From: a bacterium
Lineage (GTDB): Bacteria; Hinthialibacterota; Hinthialibacteria; Hinthialibacterales; Hinthialibacteraceae
Length of the DNA stretch: 64,000 nucleotides
Direction: 5' to 3'
Assembly: GCA_963663405.2 (NCBI GenBank)
Contig: CAXXSM010000130.1
Span: forward strand, 96,001 to 160,000
In this document: positions 10,488-19,548 of the stretch, one piece after another
Layout: each line of letters starts with the position of its first letter
How positions within the stretch are numbered: position 1 is the first letter of the stretch
The notes under the pieces: generated by a model
What the model saw: only the letters and a program-made list of their open reading frames with translations
What the model was told of the DNA's origin: nothing
Database searches by the model: none
Translations under genes and position numbers: made by a program

Positions 10488-11651
10488 ATGGATCGAGAAG
10501 AATTGGGATGGAAACAAGCGCTTCCTTTCCTTTGGCATAGCCGACGATTCTTTTGTATTGTGGCGGCGTTGTTCCTTTTAGAATTGGCGCTGGCCCCGGT
10601 TTTTTCTTCATGGCTGCCGGAATCCTGGTATCTTGGTTATTTCTTAACCTGGCGGGCGGTCAAAACGTCCGAACTCATTATGAATGGAGAGGACATTGTA
10701 GAAGTGGATGAGGTTTGCGGGTGGCGCAACCGGCCTTATTCGGTTGATAAACTTGAACGCATTTATTACGATCAATATGGTTCCCGCTCCTACGGCGGGA
10801 TCGAGATTGGCGCGCGGAAGAAACGGCGGATCGTGTTTCTCGGTGATTCACGGATTAACGGATGGGCCAAAGTTAAAAACGATCAAACAATTAACGCCTA
10901 TTTAGAAAACGACACGATTGAAACGCTGAATTTTGGAACGGAACTGTTTGGTTTAGATCAATCGTATTTAGCTATGCCGAGGATTGTGGACCGCTTTCAA
11001 CCGGATGTGTTTGTGATCGGTCTTGATTTGGAAGAACTTAATTTCCTTGATAGCACATACCTGCCGTTTACCCGGCGAAGATCAAAACCGCTGTTGAAGC
11101 CCCATTTCGTATTAAAGGGGAATCAACTCCAGTTGAAAACTCTTCCGATTCGAGAGCTGATGGAAAATGTCCCTGACAATCCAGCGTTATTGGAATATCT
11201 TCGGGAACATGATAATCATTTTGATTCCTTTGAACGTTTCAAAAAATGGGAATTCACTCCTTTCTTGAATATACTGACCAGAATCAATAATTTCTTGCGA
11301 ACCGAAAATGAGGAGATCCAGTATTATTTTAAAACAGAAGGCTGGGAACCGATTTCAAATATGCCTCTCATCAAAGCGCTCATCAAAGAATGTAAAACGT
11401 ACACGGATGAGAAACAAATCACATTGGTTTTTATTCTTCTGCCCAGTTTTAAGATCCTAAAATCTGAATGTGAGGAGTACACATCGATTCTCACCCTCCT
11501 GGAGACTCTTTCAATCAAGTATGTCGATGTGAAAAGTCTCTTGCAAGAACGGGTGAGTATTCTCAATCGTTTTTATGCGGATAACGATCATTTCACTGCA
11601 AGAGGGAATCAGCTGATCGCTGAAGCCTTGGCCCGCGCGCTTGAAGATTGA
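10488..11651 (+). CDS. Membrane-anchored SGNH-family protein (AlgJ/PatB/DltD-like acyltransferase candidate)
   Basis: N-terminal hydrophobic anchor, FLGDS (block I Ser), NFG, DNDHFT (DxxH); RBS AGGAG before ATG 10488. Confidence 0.75.
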   Translation: MDREELGWKQALPFLWHSRRFFCIVAALFLLELALAPVFSSWLPESWYLGYFLTWRAVKTSELIMNGEDIVEVDEVCGWRNRPYSVDKLERIYYDQYGSRSYGGIEIGARKKRRIVFLGDSRINGWAKVKNDQTINAYLENDTIETLNFGTELFGLDQSYLAMPRIVDRFQPDVFVIGLDLEELNFLDSTYLPFTRRRSKPLLKPHFVLKGNQLQLKTLPIRELMENVPDNPALLEYLREHDNHFDSFERFKKWEFTPFLNILTRINNFLRTENEEIQYYFKTEGWEPISNMPLIKALIKECKTYTDEKQITLVFILLPSFKILKSECEEYTSILTLLETLSIKYVDVKSLLQERVSILNRFYADNDHFTARGNQLIAEALARALED

Positions 11652-11726
11652 TGACGAAAGAAGAGTCTTTGAGCGAAGAGATACAGATTTCTTTATGGAA
11701 GGGATTTTGATTTTTGTTAACGCGAG

Positions 11727-13631
11727 TTACACAACCGCAGCGTGGGAATGGGTACGCATGAAATTGGTGATTCGTTTGGTGACTTGGCTTGGCAAGAGTC
11801 CGTGTTCCTCAAAGATTTGATTACGGGTTCCCTGTTCAATTACGAGGTCCGGCAACGCAAGACGAAGCAGGGGAATGCGTCCAATCTCCATGTCCATCAT
11901 CGCTTCCGCCACTGCGCTGGAAAAACCTCCCTCAATGGAATGATCTTCATATGTGACGAAATAGTGATGATTGACGCTGAGTTTCCGGAGGAGATCTGTA
12001 TCGAGTGGTTTGACGAATCGCATGTTGACCACTGTGGGATCGAGACCGTCTTTTTTTAAGAATTCGGCCGCCTCCATCGCACGGTTGACCATATAGCCGT
12101 AAGCGAGAATCGCGACTTCCGATCCTTGTTTTAACACGACACCCCGGCCAATGGGAACCGGCTCTTCTTCCTCATTCCATTCGACTCCTTCTCCGCTTGT
12201 GCGCGGATAGCGGACGGCGAAAGGCCCGTTGTACTGAAGGGCCGTCCATAGGAGTTGTGCTAATTCCCGTTCATTGGACGCGGCGGAGACTACAATGTTG
12301 GGCAGACAGCGCAAATACGCGGTGTCGTACAATCCCTGGTGCGTCGCGCCGTCGTCGCCGATCACCCCGGCGCGGTCGATCGCGAAGATGACGGGGAGGT
12401 TTTGGATACAAATATCGTGATAGATCTGGTCAAACGCGCGCTGCAGGAATGTGGAATAGATGGCCGCGACAGGCCGGATGCCCTCGCATGCCAATCCAGC
12501 GGCCAGCGTGACAGCGTGGGGTTCGGCGATTCCTACATCGAAAAACCGGTCCGGACATTCTTTCGCCAAGGCGCTTAAGCCGGTTCCCGGCGCCATCGCC
12601 GCCGTGATGCCAACCACTTTGGGATTCTTTTCCGCCATTTTACACATTACGCGGCTGAAGACCTGTGTATATGGTGGCGGGGGTGTGGATTTAAGTTTCG
12701 ATGTAGAGATGACGAGGGGTTTACCGGTGCCTTTATCAAAGGGTTTGGCTCCATGCCATTTGGTCGGATCGTTGGCGGCGATGTCGTAACCATGCCCTTT
12801 TTCGGTAATGATGTGCAATAGGAGGGGACCGTTGAGATATTTTAATTTCGTTAATGTGTCGATTAGAAGATTGATGTCGTGTCCATTGATGGGGCCGAAA
12901 TACCGGAAACCAAGTTCTTCGAAAAAGGCGCCAGGCACAAGGAGTGATTTAATACTCTCTTCGACGCGCTGGAGGCGCCGCATGATGACATTGCCAAGTC
13001 CTTTTTCGAGAAGTTTATCGACGCCTTTTTTTGTTTTGTTATAGTAATGACTGCTGATGATCCGGTTTAAATAATGGGAAATGCCGCCTACATTGGGCGA
13101 GATGGACATATCATTGTCATTTAAAATTACTAACATGTCCTTTTTCAATTCGCCCGCGTGGTCCAACCCTTCATAGGCCATCCCGCCGGTCAGACCGCCA
13201 TCGCCAATGACGGCGATCACGTTATAATCGTCTCCATTGAGATCACGGGCGGCGGCCATCCCCACCGCGGCGGAGACGGATGTGCTGGCGTGACCCGCGC
13301 CGAATGGATCGTGTGGACTTTCACGGCGGCGTGGAAACCCGCTGACGCCCTCATACTGGCGGAGCGTATGAAATCGGTCTTGTCGGCCGGTGAGGAGTTT
13401 GTGAGCGTAACTTTGATGACCGACGTCCCAAATTATTTTGTCGCGGGGGCTTTCAAAAACCCGGTGAAGCGCAACCGTTAATTCCACCGCTCCCAAACAG
13501 GGCGCCAGATGTCCGCCTCTTTTACTTACCACATCAATAATGGCTTGGCGGAGTTCACTGGAAAGCGCCTCTAATTCGGAGAGTTCAAGTTTCTTTAGCT
13601 CTTCCGGGCTTTGTGCTCGTTCGAGAATCAT
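11727..13631 (-). CDS. dxs: 1-deoxy-D-xylulose-5-phosphate synthase
   Basis: GGHLA, WDVGHQSY, GHASTS, GDGGLTGG, DVGIAE, YSTFLQRAFDQ. Confidence 0.97.
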   Translation of the reverse strand: MILERAQSPEELKKLELSELEALSSELRQAIIDVVSKRGGHLAPCLGAVELTVALHRVFESPRDKIIWDVGHQSYAHKLLTGRQDRFHTLRQYEGVSGFPRRRESPHDPFGAGHASTSVSAAVGMAAARDLNGDDYNVIAVIGDGGLTGGMAYEGLDHAGELKKDMLVILNDNDMSISPNVGGISHYLNRIISSHYYNKTKKGVDKLLEKGLGNVIMRRLQRVEESIKSLLVPGAFFEELGFRYFGPINGHDINLLIDTLTKLKYLNGPLLLHIITEKGHGYDIAANDPTKWHGAKPFDKGTGKPLVISTSKLKSTPPPPYTQVFSRVMCKMAEKNPKVVGITAAMAPGTGLSALAKECPDRFFDVGIAEPHAVTLAAGLACEGIRPVAAIYSTFLQRAFDQIYHDICIQNLPVIFAIDRAGVIGDDGATHQGLYDTAYLRCLPNIVVSAASNERELAQLLWTALQYNGPFAVRYPRTSGEGVEWNEEEEPVPIGRGVVLKQGSEVAILAYGYMVNRAMEAAEFLKKDGLDPTVVNMRFVKPLDTDLLRKLSVNHHYFVTYEDHSIEGGFSSAVAEAMMDMEIGRIPLLRLALPDLVIEQGTRNQIFEEHGLLPSQVTKRITNFMRTHSHAAVV

Positions 13632-13730
13632 TCGTATTAACCTATCGATTTTTTGACTTATATTTCAAGAATACATTTTACGTCTCAATTTTCGATTGAG
13701 AACGCAGAAATTAAAAAAGAACAAACTTAT

Positions 13731-14705
13731 TTACTTGTCCCGTTGTGTCATAAGATGGGTAAAATCTATTAAAACAGAGGCGCGGCCGCCTTCTGGTTCC
13801 AGCAGATTCAATATTTCATTTTTCAATATGTCGACGCGTTTTCTGGATTCGTCCAGACCGATCAGGGAGGGATATGTCAATTTTCCCTGCGCCTCGTCGC
13901 TTCCTGGTTGTTTCCCCATGAGGCTCGCGGCGCCGACTACATCCAGAATATCATCGACTACCTGAAAAATCAAACCAATTCTCGTCCCATATTCCTGAAG
14001 GATCTCCAGATCGCGTTCTGAGGCGGAGACCATCTGGGCTCCCATGCGCAGGGCGGCGCGGAGAAGGGCGGCGGTTTTGTGCAGATGAATGAATTCAAGA
14101 ATCTCTTCTGTGCCCGGTTTTGATTCGTATTCCATATCGACGGCCTGCCCGGCGACCATCCCCGGTTGTCCGCTCGCAATGGCCAATTCCCGCGCAGCGC
14201 GTAGAGCCTGTAAGGCGAACGTCTCTGGAAGTTCCGCGAGGACTTGAAAACCCAGCGTCTGTAGGGCGTCGGCGGCGAGGACCGCCATCGCTTCCCCATA
14301 GACCACGTGACACGTCGGTTTGCCCCGCCGCAGATCGTCGTCGTCCATGCATGGAAGGTCGTCATGAACGAGTGAATAGGTGTGAATGAATTCCACCGAA
14401 CACGCTGTCGTCAACAGGGCTCGTTTTAAATCTGGATCCACACCATCCCAACTCTTACCCGCGTACACATCCTCCCCGGATACACCCCGGCAGAAGTCCA
14501 CGGCGGCGAGCGTTAAAAAGGGTCGAACTCGTTTTCCACCCGCTTTGACCGGATAGCGCATCGCCTCGTTGAGGGGCGCCGTGGGGCCATCTGTTTGCGG
14601 GAGCAATTGAAAAAGGACCTCTTCGACTTCTTTCCGCCGCCGATCGATTAAGTCATGAATGGGCTTTCTCTCCGGTTGTTGTCTCTGTTTCAATTGTTCG
14701 TTCAT
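13731..14705 (-). CDS. ispA: Farnesyl/geranylgeranyl diphosphate synthase
   Basis: GGKRVRP, HDDLPCMDDDDLRRG, KT, FQVVDDILD; conserved xseB-ispA-dxs order. Confidence 0.93.
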   Translation of the reverse strand: MNEQLKQRQQPERKPIHDLIDRRRKEVEEVLFQLLPQTDGPTAPLNEAMRYPVKAGGKRVRPFLTLAAVDFCRGVSGEDVYAGKSWDGVDPDLKRALLTTACSVEFIHTYSLVHDDLPCMDDDDLRRGKPTCHVVYGEAMAVLAADALQTLGFQVLAELPETFALQALRAARELAIASGQPGMVAGQAVDMEYESKPGTEEILEFIHLHKTAALLRAALRMGAQMVSASERDLEILQEYGTRIGLIFQVVDDILDVVGAASLMGKQPGSDEAQGKLTYPSLIGLDESRKRVDILKNEILNLLEPEGGRASVLIDFTHLMTQRDK

Positions 14706-14771
14706 TAAGACTGATGCTTTCTTCGATGAGTGATTATTAATAAAAAGGATAGCGAATTGGATTTATTTTCA

Positions 14772-14792
14772 CGGGCGGGACGCCCGCGCTCC
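14772..14792. repeat. REP-like GC-rich palindrome
   Basis: CGGGCGGGACGCCCGCGCTCC in the xseB-ispA spacer; single copy in this window. Confidence 0.45.
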
Positions 14793-14794
14793 AT

Positions 14795-15052
14795 TTATTC
14801 ATCGTCCTCAAATTCTTTTTCGGAAACCTCGTTTTCCTGCGCCTTTATAAGTGTTTGTATGCGAGTCTCCACTTGATCGAGGCGATTTGAACAGGAATCA
14901 ATCAGTTCCATACCTTCAGAAAAGTATTGTTCCATTTGATCGAGGGTCAATCCACCCGCATGGAAGAGATCGATTATTTCTTCGATCCGCGCGATCCCTT
15001 TTTCGAAATCAAAAGAGTTTTTGGCAGTCTTGTTGGAATTCGTTTTTTTCAT
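14795..15052 (-). CDS. xseB: Exodeoxyribonuclease VII small subunit
   Basis: FEKGIARIEEII..L..EGMELI..C..RL; overlaps the xseA stop. Confidence 0.93.
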   Translation of the reverse strand: MKKTNSNKTAKNSFDFEKGIARIEEIIDLFHAGGLTLDQMEQYFSEGMELIDSCSNRLDQVETRIQTLIKAQENEVSEKEFEDDE

Positions 15053-16338
15053 GAGGAACGATTGACCTTGTTGACTTTGGATTGAAATGAGCCGTCTATA
15101 ATGAACACGTCGACCTGATCACCGGTTTGAACCTGCTCGATCTTTCGCACGACGTTTCCGTCGGCCTGCTGGCAGATCGAAAAGCCTCTCTGCAGCACAT
15201 GGACTGGTTCGAGACTTTTTAAGAGAAGCGTATACCGTTCTATTTCTTTTCTTTTTTCAGTGAATGCGTTGGATGCGGACCGGACTACTTCGTCCGCCGT
15301 TTTTTCGAGGAGCGGGCGTTTCTCCCGGACGGCGCGTTGAATGGCTTGGATCAAGTAGAGCGCGTATCCATCTAGGCGCTGGCGGAATTGAGCGATGGCG
15401 CCTAAAGGGTGATAGCGCTCGAATGTCTTCCGGGCTGTCTCAAACCGTTCTCGTATTCGTTCGAAGGAGGCGCCGATCGCATGTGAGAATTGGTTCTGGA
15501 GAAGGCGCAGGCGTCCCCGATGGCGATCGAAGAGTTCGGCGATTCTCTGCGCGGCGTTTGTCGGTGTAGAGGCGCGAATGTCGGCGGCGAAATCGGCGAT
15601 CGTGAAATCCACTTCATGCCCGACACCCGTCATCACTGGAACGGAGGAACCGGCGATCGCCCGCGCGACGATCTCTTCATTAAACGCCCATAGATCCTCT
15701 AGGCTGCCTCCCCCCCGGCAGAGAACGAGAAGATCGTAAATCCCCGCTTGATTGACTTGATGAATGGCTTCCGTGATTTCGGAGGAGGCTTTCTCCCCCT
15801 GCACCAGCGTGGGGTAGATCGTCACTTCAATCGGGCAGAACGCGTTTTGAAGAACAGTGATAAAATCATGTATCGCCGCGCCGGTGGGCGACGTAATGAC
15901 CGCAATGGATTGGGGAAACGCGGGTAGTGGCTTTTTCCGCTCTTCGTCGAATAAACCTTCTTGGTACAACCGCTGTTTCAATTCTTCGAATCGTTGTTGC
16001 AGAACGCCGGCGCCCGTTTTCCGGATGGAATTGACCACCAGCTGGTATTGCCCGCGTGGGGGATAGACAGTAAGGCTCCCTCCCGCGATAACATCGGTTC
16101 CATCCCCTAATTCTAATCCGCCCCATCGCGCGGCGGTGGACCGCCACGCTACGCATTCCAGAACCGCTTTGTCGTCTTTCAGGCGAAAATAGACGTGACC
16201 GGATGGCGCTTTTTTATAATTGGAGATTTCACCCCGGACTTGGAGCCAGTCGAAGGTCTCTTCCAGCGAGCGGCTGATTTCGTGCGTCAGTTGAGAGACG
16301 CTGTATGGTTGTTCGATCGGGGGGGATTGGCCATCCAT
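15049..16338 (-). CDS. xseA: Exodeoxyribonuclease VII large subunit
   Basis: GEISN, SGHVYFRLKD, TSPTGAAIHD, RGGGSLEDLWAFNEE, GHEVD. Confidence 0.97.
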   Translation of the reverse strand: MDGQSPPIEQPYSVSQLTHEISRSLEETFDWLQVRGEISNYKKAPSGHVYFRLKDDKAVLECVAWRSTAARWGGLELGDGTDVIAGGSLTVYPPRGQYQLVVNSIRKTGAGVLQQRFEELKQRLYQEGLFDEERKKPLPAFPQSIAVITSPTGAAIHDFITVLQNAFCPIEVTIYPTLVQGEKASSEITEAIHQVNQAGIYDLLVLCRGGGSLEDLWAFNEEIVARAIAGSSVPVMTGVGHEVDFTIADFAADIRASTPTNAAQRIAELFDRHRGRLRLLQNQFSHAIGASFERIRERFETARKTFERYHPLGAIAQFRQRLDGYALYLIQAIQRAVREKRPLLEKTADEVVRSASNAFTEKRKEIERYTLLLKSLEPVHVLQRGFSICQQADGNVVRKIEQVQTGDQVDVFIIDGSFQSKVNKVNRSS

Positions 16339-16341
16339 GAT

Positions 16342-17136
16342 TTACTCGTTTGATACTTCGGGCGCATCGACACTGATTCGCTTGATAGAAAGGGCTTTGT
16401 TTGACGTGTCATCCACGTCAATTAATACTGCGCAGATTTTTACATTATTCTTTGCGACTTTATGGGGTTGCCGCGCGGGTGACAGGAATTTTTTTGTCGC
16501 GGGCCCGATTTCCATTCCAATGACGGAGTCGTACGGCCCAGACATGCCTACATCAGAGATATACGCTGTGCCATTGGGCAGAATTCGTTCGTCGGCGGTG
16601 GGTATGTGGGTATGCGTTCCAACAACCGCAGTCACGCGGCCGTCCAGATACCAGCCCATCGCCACTTTTTCGGAGGTCGCTTCCCCGTGGAGATCGAGGA
16701 TAATTGGATAGTTCCCGTCTATTTCGCGAAGCATATCATCCACGCGCCGGAACGGGCAATCGACACTGCTCATGAAGAGGCGGCAGAGAATCTGCGCAAC
16801 GATTACTTTTTTCCCATTCGGCGCTGGAAGCGCTGTATACCCCTGGCCAGGAAGGCCGGGGGGGTAATTATAGGCGCGGACGAGGCGTGAATTGCCATCG
16901 ATAAATGAGAAAATATCTTTGTTGTCCCACGTATGATTTCCCAATGTGATGACGTCTACTCCGGAGGCATAGATTTCTTTGGCGGAATCGAAGGTGAGGC
17001 CTTTGCCTCCAGCGGCGTTTTCCCCGTTGGCGATACAGAAATCGGCCTTATATTCGGCCTTGATCCGCATGAGCCGGGAGACAACCGCCCGGCGTCCCGG
17101 CCTTCCGAAGATATCGCCTAAAAACAAAATTCGCAT
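16342..17136 (-). CDS. ymdB: YmdB-family metallophosphoesterase (TIGR00282)
   Basis: GDIFGRPGR, NGENAAGG, GNH, HGEATSEK, GTHTH, DVGMSG; downstream of rny. Confidence 0.93.
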   Translation of the reverse strand: MRILFLGDIFGRPGRRAVVSRLMRIKAEYKADFCIANGENAAGGKGLTFDSAKEIYASGVDVITLGNHTWDNKDIFSFIDGNSRLVRAYNYPPGLPGQGYTALPAPNGKKVIVAQILCRLFMSSVDCPFRRVDDMLREIDGNYPIILDLHGEATSEKVAMGWYLDGRVTAVVGTHTHIPTADERILPNGTAYISDVGMSGPYDSVIGMEIGPATKKFLSPARQPHKVAKNNVKICAVLIDVDDTSNKALSIKRISVDAPEVSNE

Positions 17137-17414
17137 AGTGAAGCTGTCTTTCTAATGTGGATTATCCAAGGAACGATGTCCTGTAAAGAGACGCCGTTGG
17201 GAAAGAGGATAATACTGGTTTATTGAAACAGATGAATTATTTTGTGAAATCGTGTAGAAGAAAAAGTTATAAAGGAACAATTCCTCTTCTGGTTCTGTCC
17301 GTTCTTCGTGCTGTTTTACTTACATAGTCATGCAGGACGAACTGCATCTCTATAACTCACCCTACGGTGCTAATGTTGTGTTGACGCAAGACGCCGTCAT
17401 TCATTTGTTCGTTT

Positions 17415-17591
17415 TCAATCACTCAGTTTCTTGATAATGTGTCTAGCCAGTTGGTCATTGATTTCACGATGCCTCGGTACTGGCTGGCACTCTTTTGTCT
17501 TCGGATTCTGATACCAATCGTGTCGCCCACCGTGTCGAATCATCACGCATCCAAGCGTGTTCAGCTGCTTGATGAGTTCTGTTCTTTTCAT
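17415..17591 (-). CDS. hicA: HicA-family toxin (58 aa, not in ORF track)
   Basis: Manual translation MKRTELIKQLNTLGCVMIRHGGRHDWYQNPKTKECQPVPRHREINDQLARHIIKKLSD; GxxH and VPRH motifs; ATGA overlap with the hicB stop. Confidence 0.88.
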   Translation of the reverse strand: MKRTELIKQLNTLGCVMIRHGGRHDWYQNPKTKECQPVPRHREINDQLARHIIKKLSD

Positions 17592-17779
17592 GGTATAATC
17601 AATTCAGCGACTTGGCGTACACATGGTATGTCCCCACTGATTAGGTCTTTCCGAATGTCGCGGAGATTCTCCTCAAGTTCTTCGAGGCTTTCCCCTTGAG
17701 TCCAGTAGTCCGGATAGTCCTCAAAATAGCCCAGCCACATCTCTCCGTCCTGCCAGCGGACATATCGAAGATTTTCCAT
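17588..17779 (-). CDS. hicB: HicB-like antitoxin (short, no DNA-binding domain)
   Basis: WLGYFEDYPDYWTQGESLEELEENL; RBS AGGAG before ATG 17779. Confidence 0.85.
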   Translation of the reverse strand: MENLRYVRWQDGEMWLGYFEDYPDYWTQGESLEELEENLRDIRKDLISGDIPCVRQVAELIIP

Positions 17780-17922
17780 CCGTTTCTCCTTCCTTTTACA
17801 CATAGCGCTCCGTATGACTGACTAAGGTTAAACCGATTTAGCGCCACATGAAAGAGTAAACCAGCCTATGGAACTTTGAGACTTGAAATACGCGAACGCA
17901 AAGCGTAGGGCGGCCTCATTGT

Positions 17923-19485
17923 CTATTTCGCGTAGGCGACGGCGCGGGTTTCTCGAATGATGATGATTTTGATGTGACCGGGATACTCCATTTCTTCTTC
18001 AATCTTTTTTGAGACATCGTAGGCCAATTTCACAGCCGCTTGATCGTCCACTTCTTCGGGTTGGACCATTATCCGGATCTCCCGCCCGGCTTGTATGGCG
18101 AAACTTTTTTCGACGCCGTTGAAAGATTCAGCCAGAGTTTCCAGTTTTTCCAGCCGTTTGACGTAAGTTTCAATGGTTTCCCGGCGGGCTCCAGGACGGG
18201 CGGCGGAAAGGGCGTCGGCGACTTGTACGATTACTGCTTCGACGGTTTCCATTTCCACGTCTTCGTGGTGAGCGGCGATGGCGTTGACGACTTCTTTGCT
18301 TTCGCCCAGTTTCCGGGCGGTTTCCGCGCCGATTCCCGCATGGGTTCCATCGCGTTCAAAGTCGATCGCTTTGCCGATATCGTGCAGCAGGGCTCCCCGC
18401 TTGCAGATTTCTTCATCCGCGCCCAGTTCCGCAGCGATCGCTCCGGCGAGAAACGCCACTTCGCGGGCGTGATACAGCTGATTCTGCCCGTAAGAGAAGC
18501 GGTATTTCAACCGGCCGAAGATCTTGATCAGTTCCGGATTCATATCCACGATACCGAGATCGAAGACAACGCGTTCGGCGGCTTCGCGCATATCTTGTTC
18601 CATTTCTTTCATGACCCGGTCGTAGACTTCCTCGATTCGGCCTGGATGAATGCGGCCGTCAGCGATGAGTCCTTCCAAAGTCTGGCGGGCGGCTTCCCGG
18701 CGGACAGGATCGAACGCGGATAGGACGACGGTGTCCGGGGTGTCGTCAATAATTAGATTCACACCGGTCATCGCCTCGAACGCGCGGATATTGCGGCCTT
18801 CCCGTCCGATGATGCGGCCTTTGATATCGTCGGAGGGGAGGGAGACGGTGGAAACAGTGGACTCGTTCACATATTCCGTACATCCACGCTGCAGCGTAGT
18901 AGCAATGATGCGGCGCGCGTCTCGATGGGCGTTTTCTTTCGCATCATCCGTGATTTGTTTAATGATTTTAGCGGATTCCCGCCGCACATCAGTTTCCAGA
19001 GAGCGAAGAAGCATTTCTTTTGCCTCATCCGAAGTGAGTCCGGATATCTTTTCCAGTTCACCCCGCTGTTCCTGGATCAAATCGGTCAATTCCTCATCCT
19101 TTTTTTCCAGTTCTTTGGATCTTTTATCTAGTTTCTTTTGTTGCTCCTGGTTCGTGCGCTCCTGTTTTTCCATTACCTCTTGGCGTTTATCCAAGGTTTC
19201 TTCCCGGCGGTCGAGTTTCTTTTCCAGTGCGGATAATTCGGCGCGGCGCTCTTTCGCTTCCTGTTCGAGTTTTGTTTTTTCCTGATAGAGTTGTTCTTTT
19301 GATTCGATGGCGGCTTCTTTGCGAATCGTGGCCGCTTCTTTTTGCGCTTCTCTCCGGATTCGTTCCGTCAGTTGTTCAACACTGCCGATTTCGCGGTCCG
19401 TGAGAACTTTTTTTATGATGAATCCAACGAGGACTCCTCCCAGAAGCCCTACTAAGAGTCCAATTCCTGCGTATATCCATTCCAT
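17923..19485 (-). CDS. rny: Ribonuclease Y
   Basis: N-terminal TM, coiled coil, KH motif KGRIIGREGRNIR, HD motif LLHDIGK. Confidence 0.97.
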   Translation of the reverse strand: MEWIYAGIGLLVGLLGGVLVGFIIKKVLTDREIGSVEQLTERIRREAQKEAATIRKEAAIESKEQLYQEKTKLEQEAKERRAELSALEKKLDRREETLDKRQEVMEKQERTNQEQQKKLDKRSKELEKKDEELTDLIQEQRGELEKISGLTSDEAKEMLLRSLETDVRRESAKIIKQITDDAKENAHRDARRIIATTLQRGCTEYVNESTVSTVSLPSDDIKGRIIGREGRNIRAFEAMTGVNLIIDDTPDTVVLSAFDPVRREAARQTLEGLIADGRIHPGRIEEVYDRVMKEMEQDMREAAERVVFDLGIVDMNPELIKIFGRLKYRFSYGQNQLYHAREVAFLAGAIAAELGADEEICKRGALLHDIGKAIDFERDGTHAGIGAETARKLGESKEVVNAIAAHHEDVEMETVEAVIVQVADALSAARPGARRETIETYVKRLEKLETLAESFNGVEKSFAIQAGREIRIMVQPEEVDDQAAVKLAYDVSKKIEEEMEYPGHIKIIIIRETRAVAYAK

Positions 19486-19548
19486 GATTTATTTCCTCTC
19501 TCCTATATATAGTAATCGGTTGAAAACCTCTTCCTGATGAAGAGCGAT

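Noticed and set aside
11727-16338. xseA-xseB-ispA-dxs cluster
   Set aside because: Well-known conserved operon; not novel.
17360-17910. CCCTACG / CGTAGGG flanking hicBA as mobile-element ends
   Set aside because: Only 7 bp, with no target duplication or transposase; consistent with chance or REP remnants.
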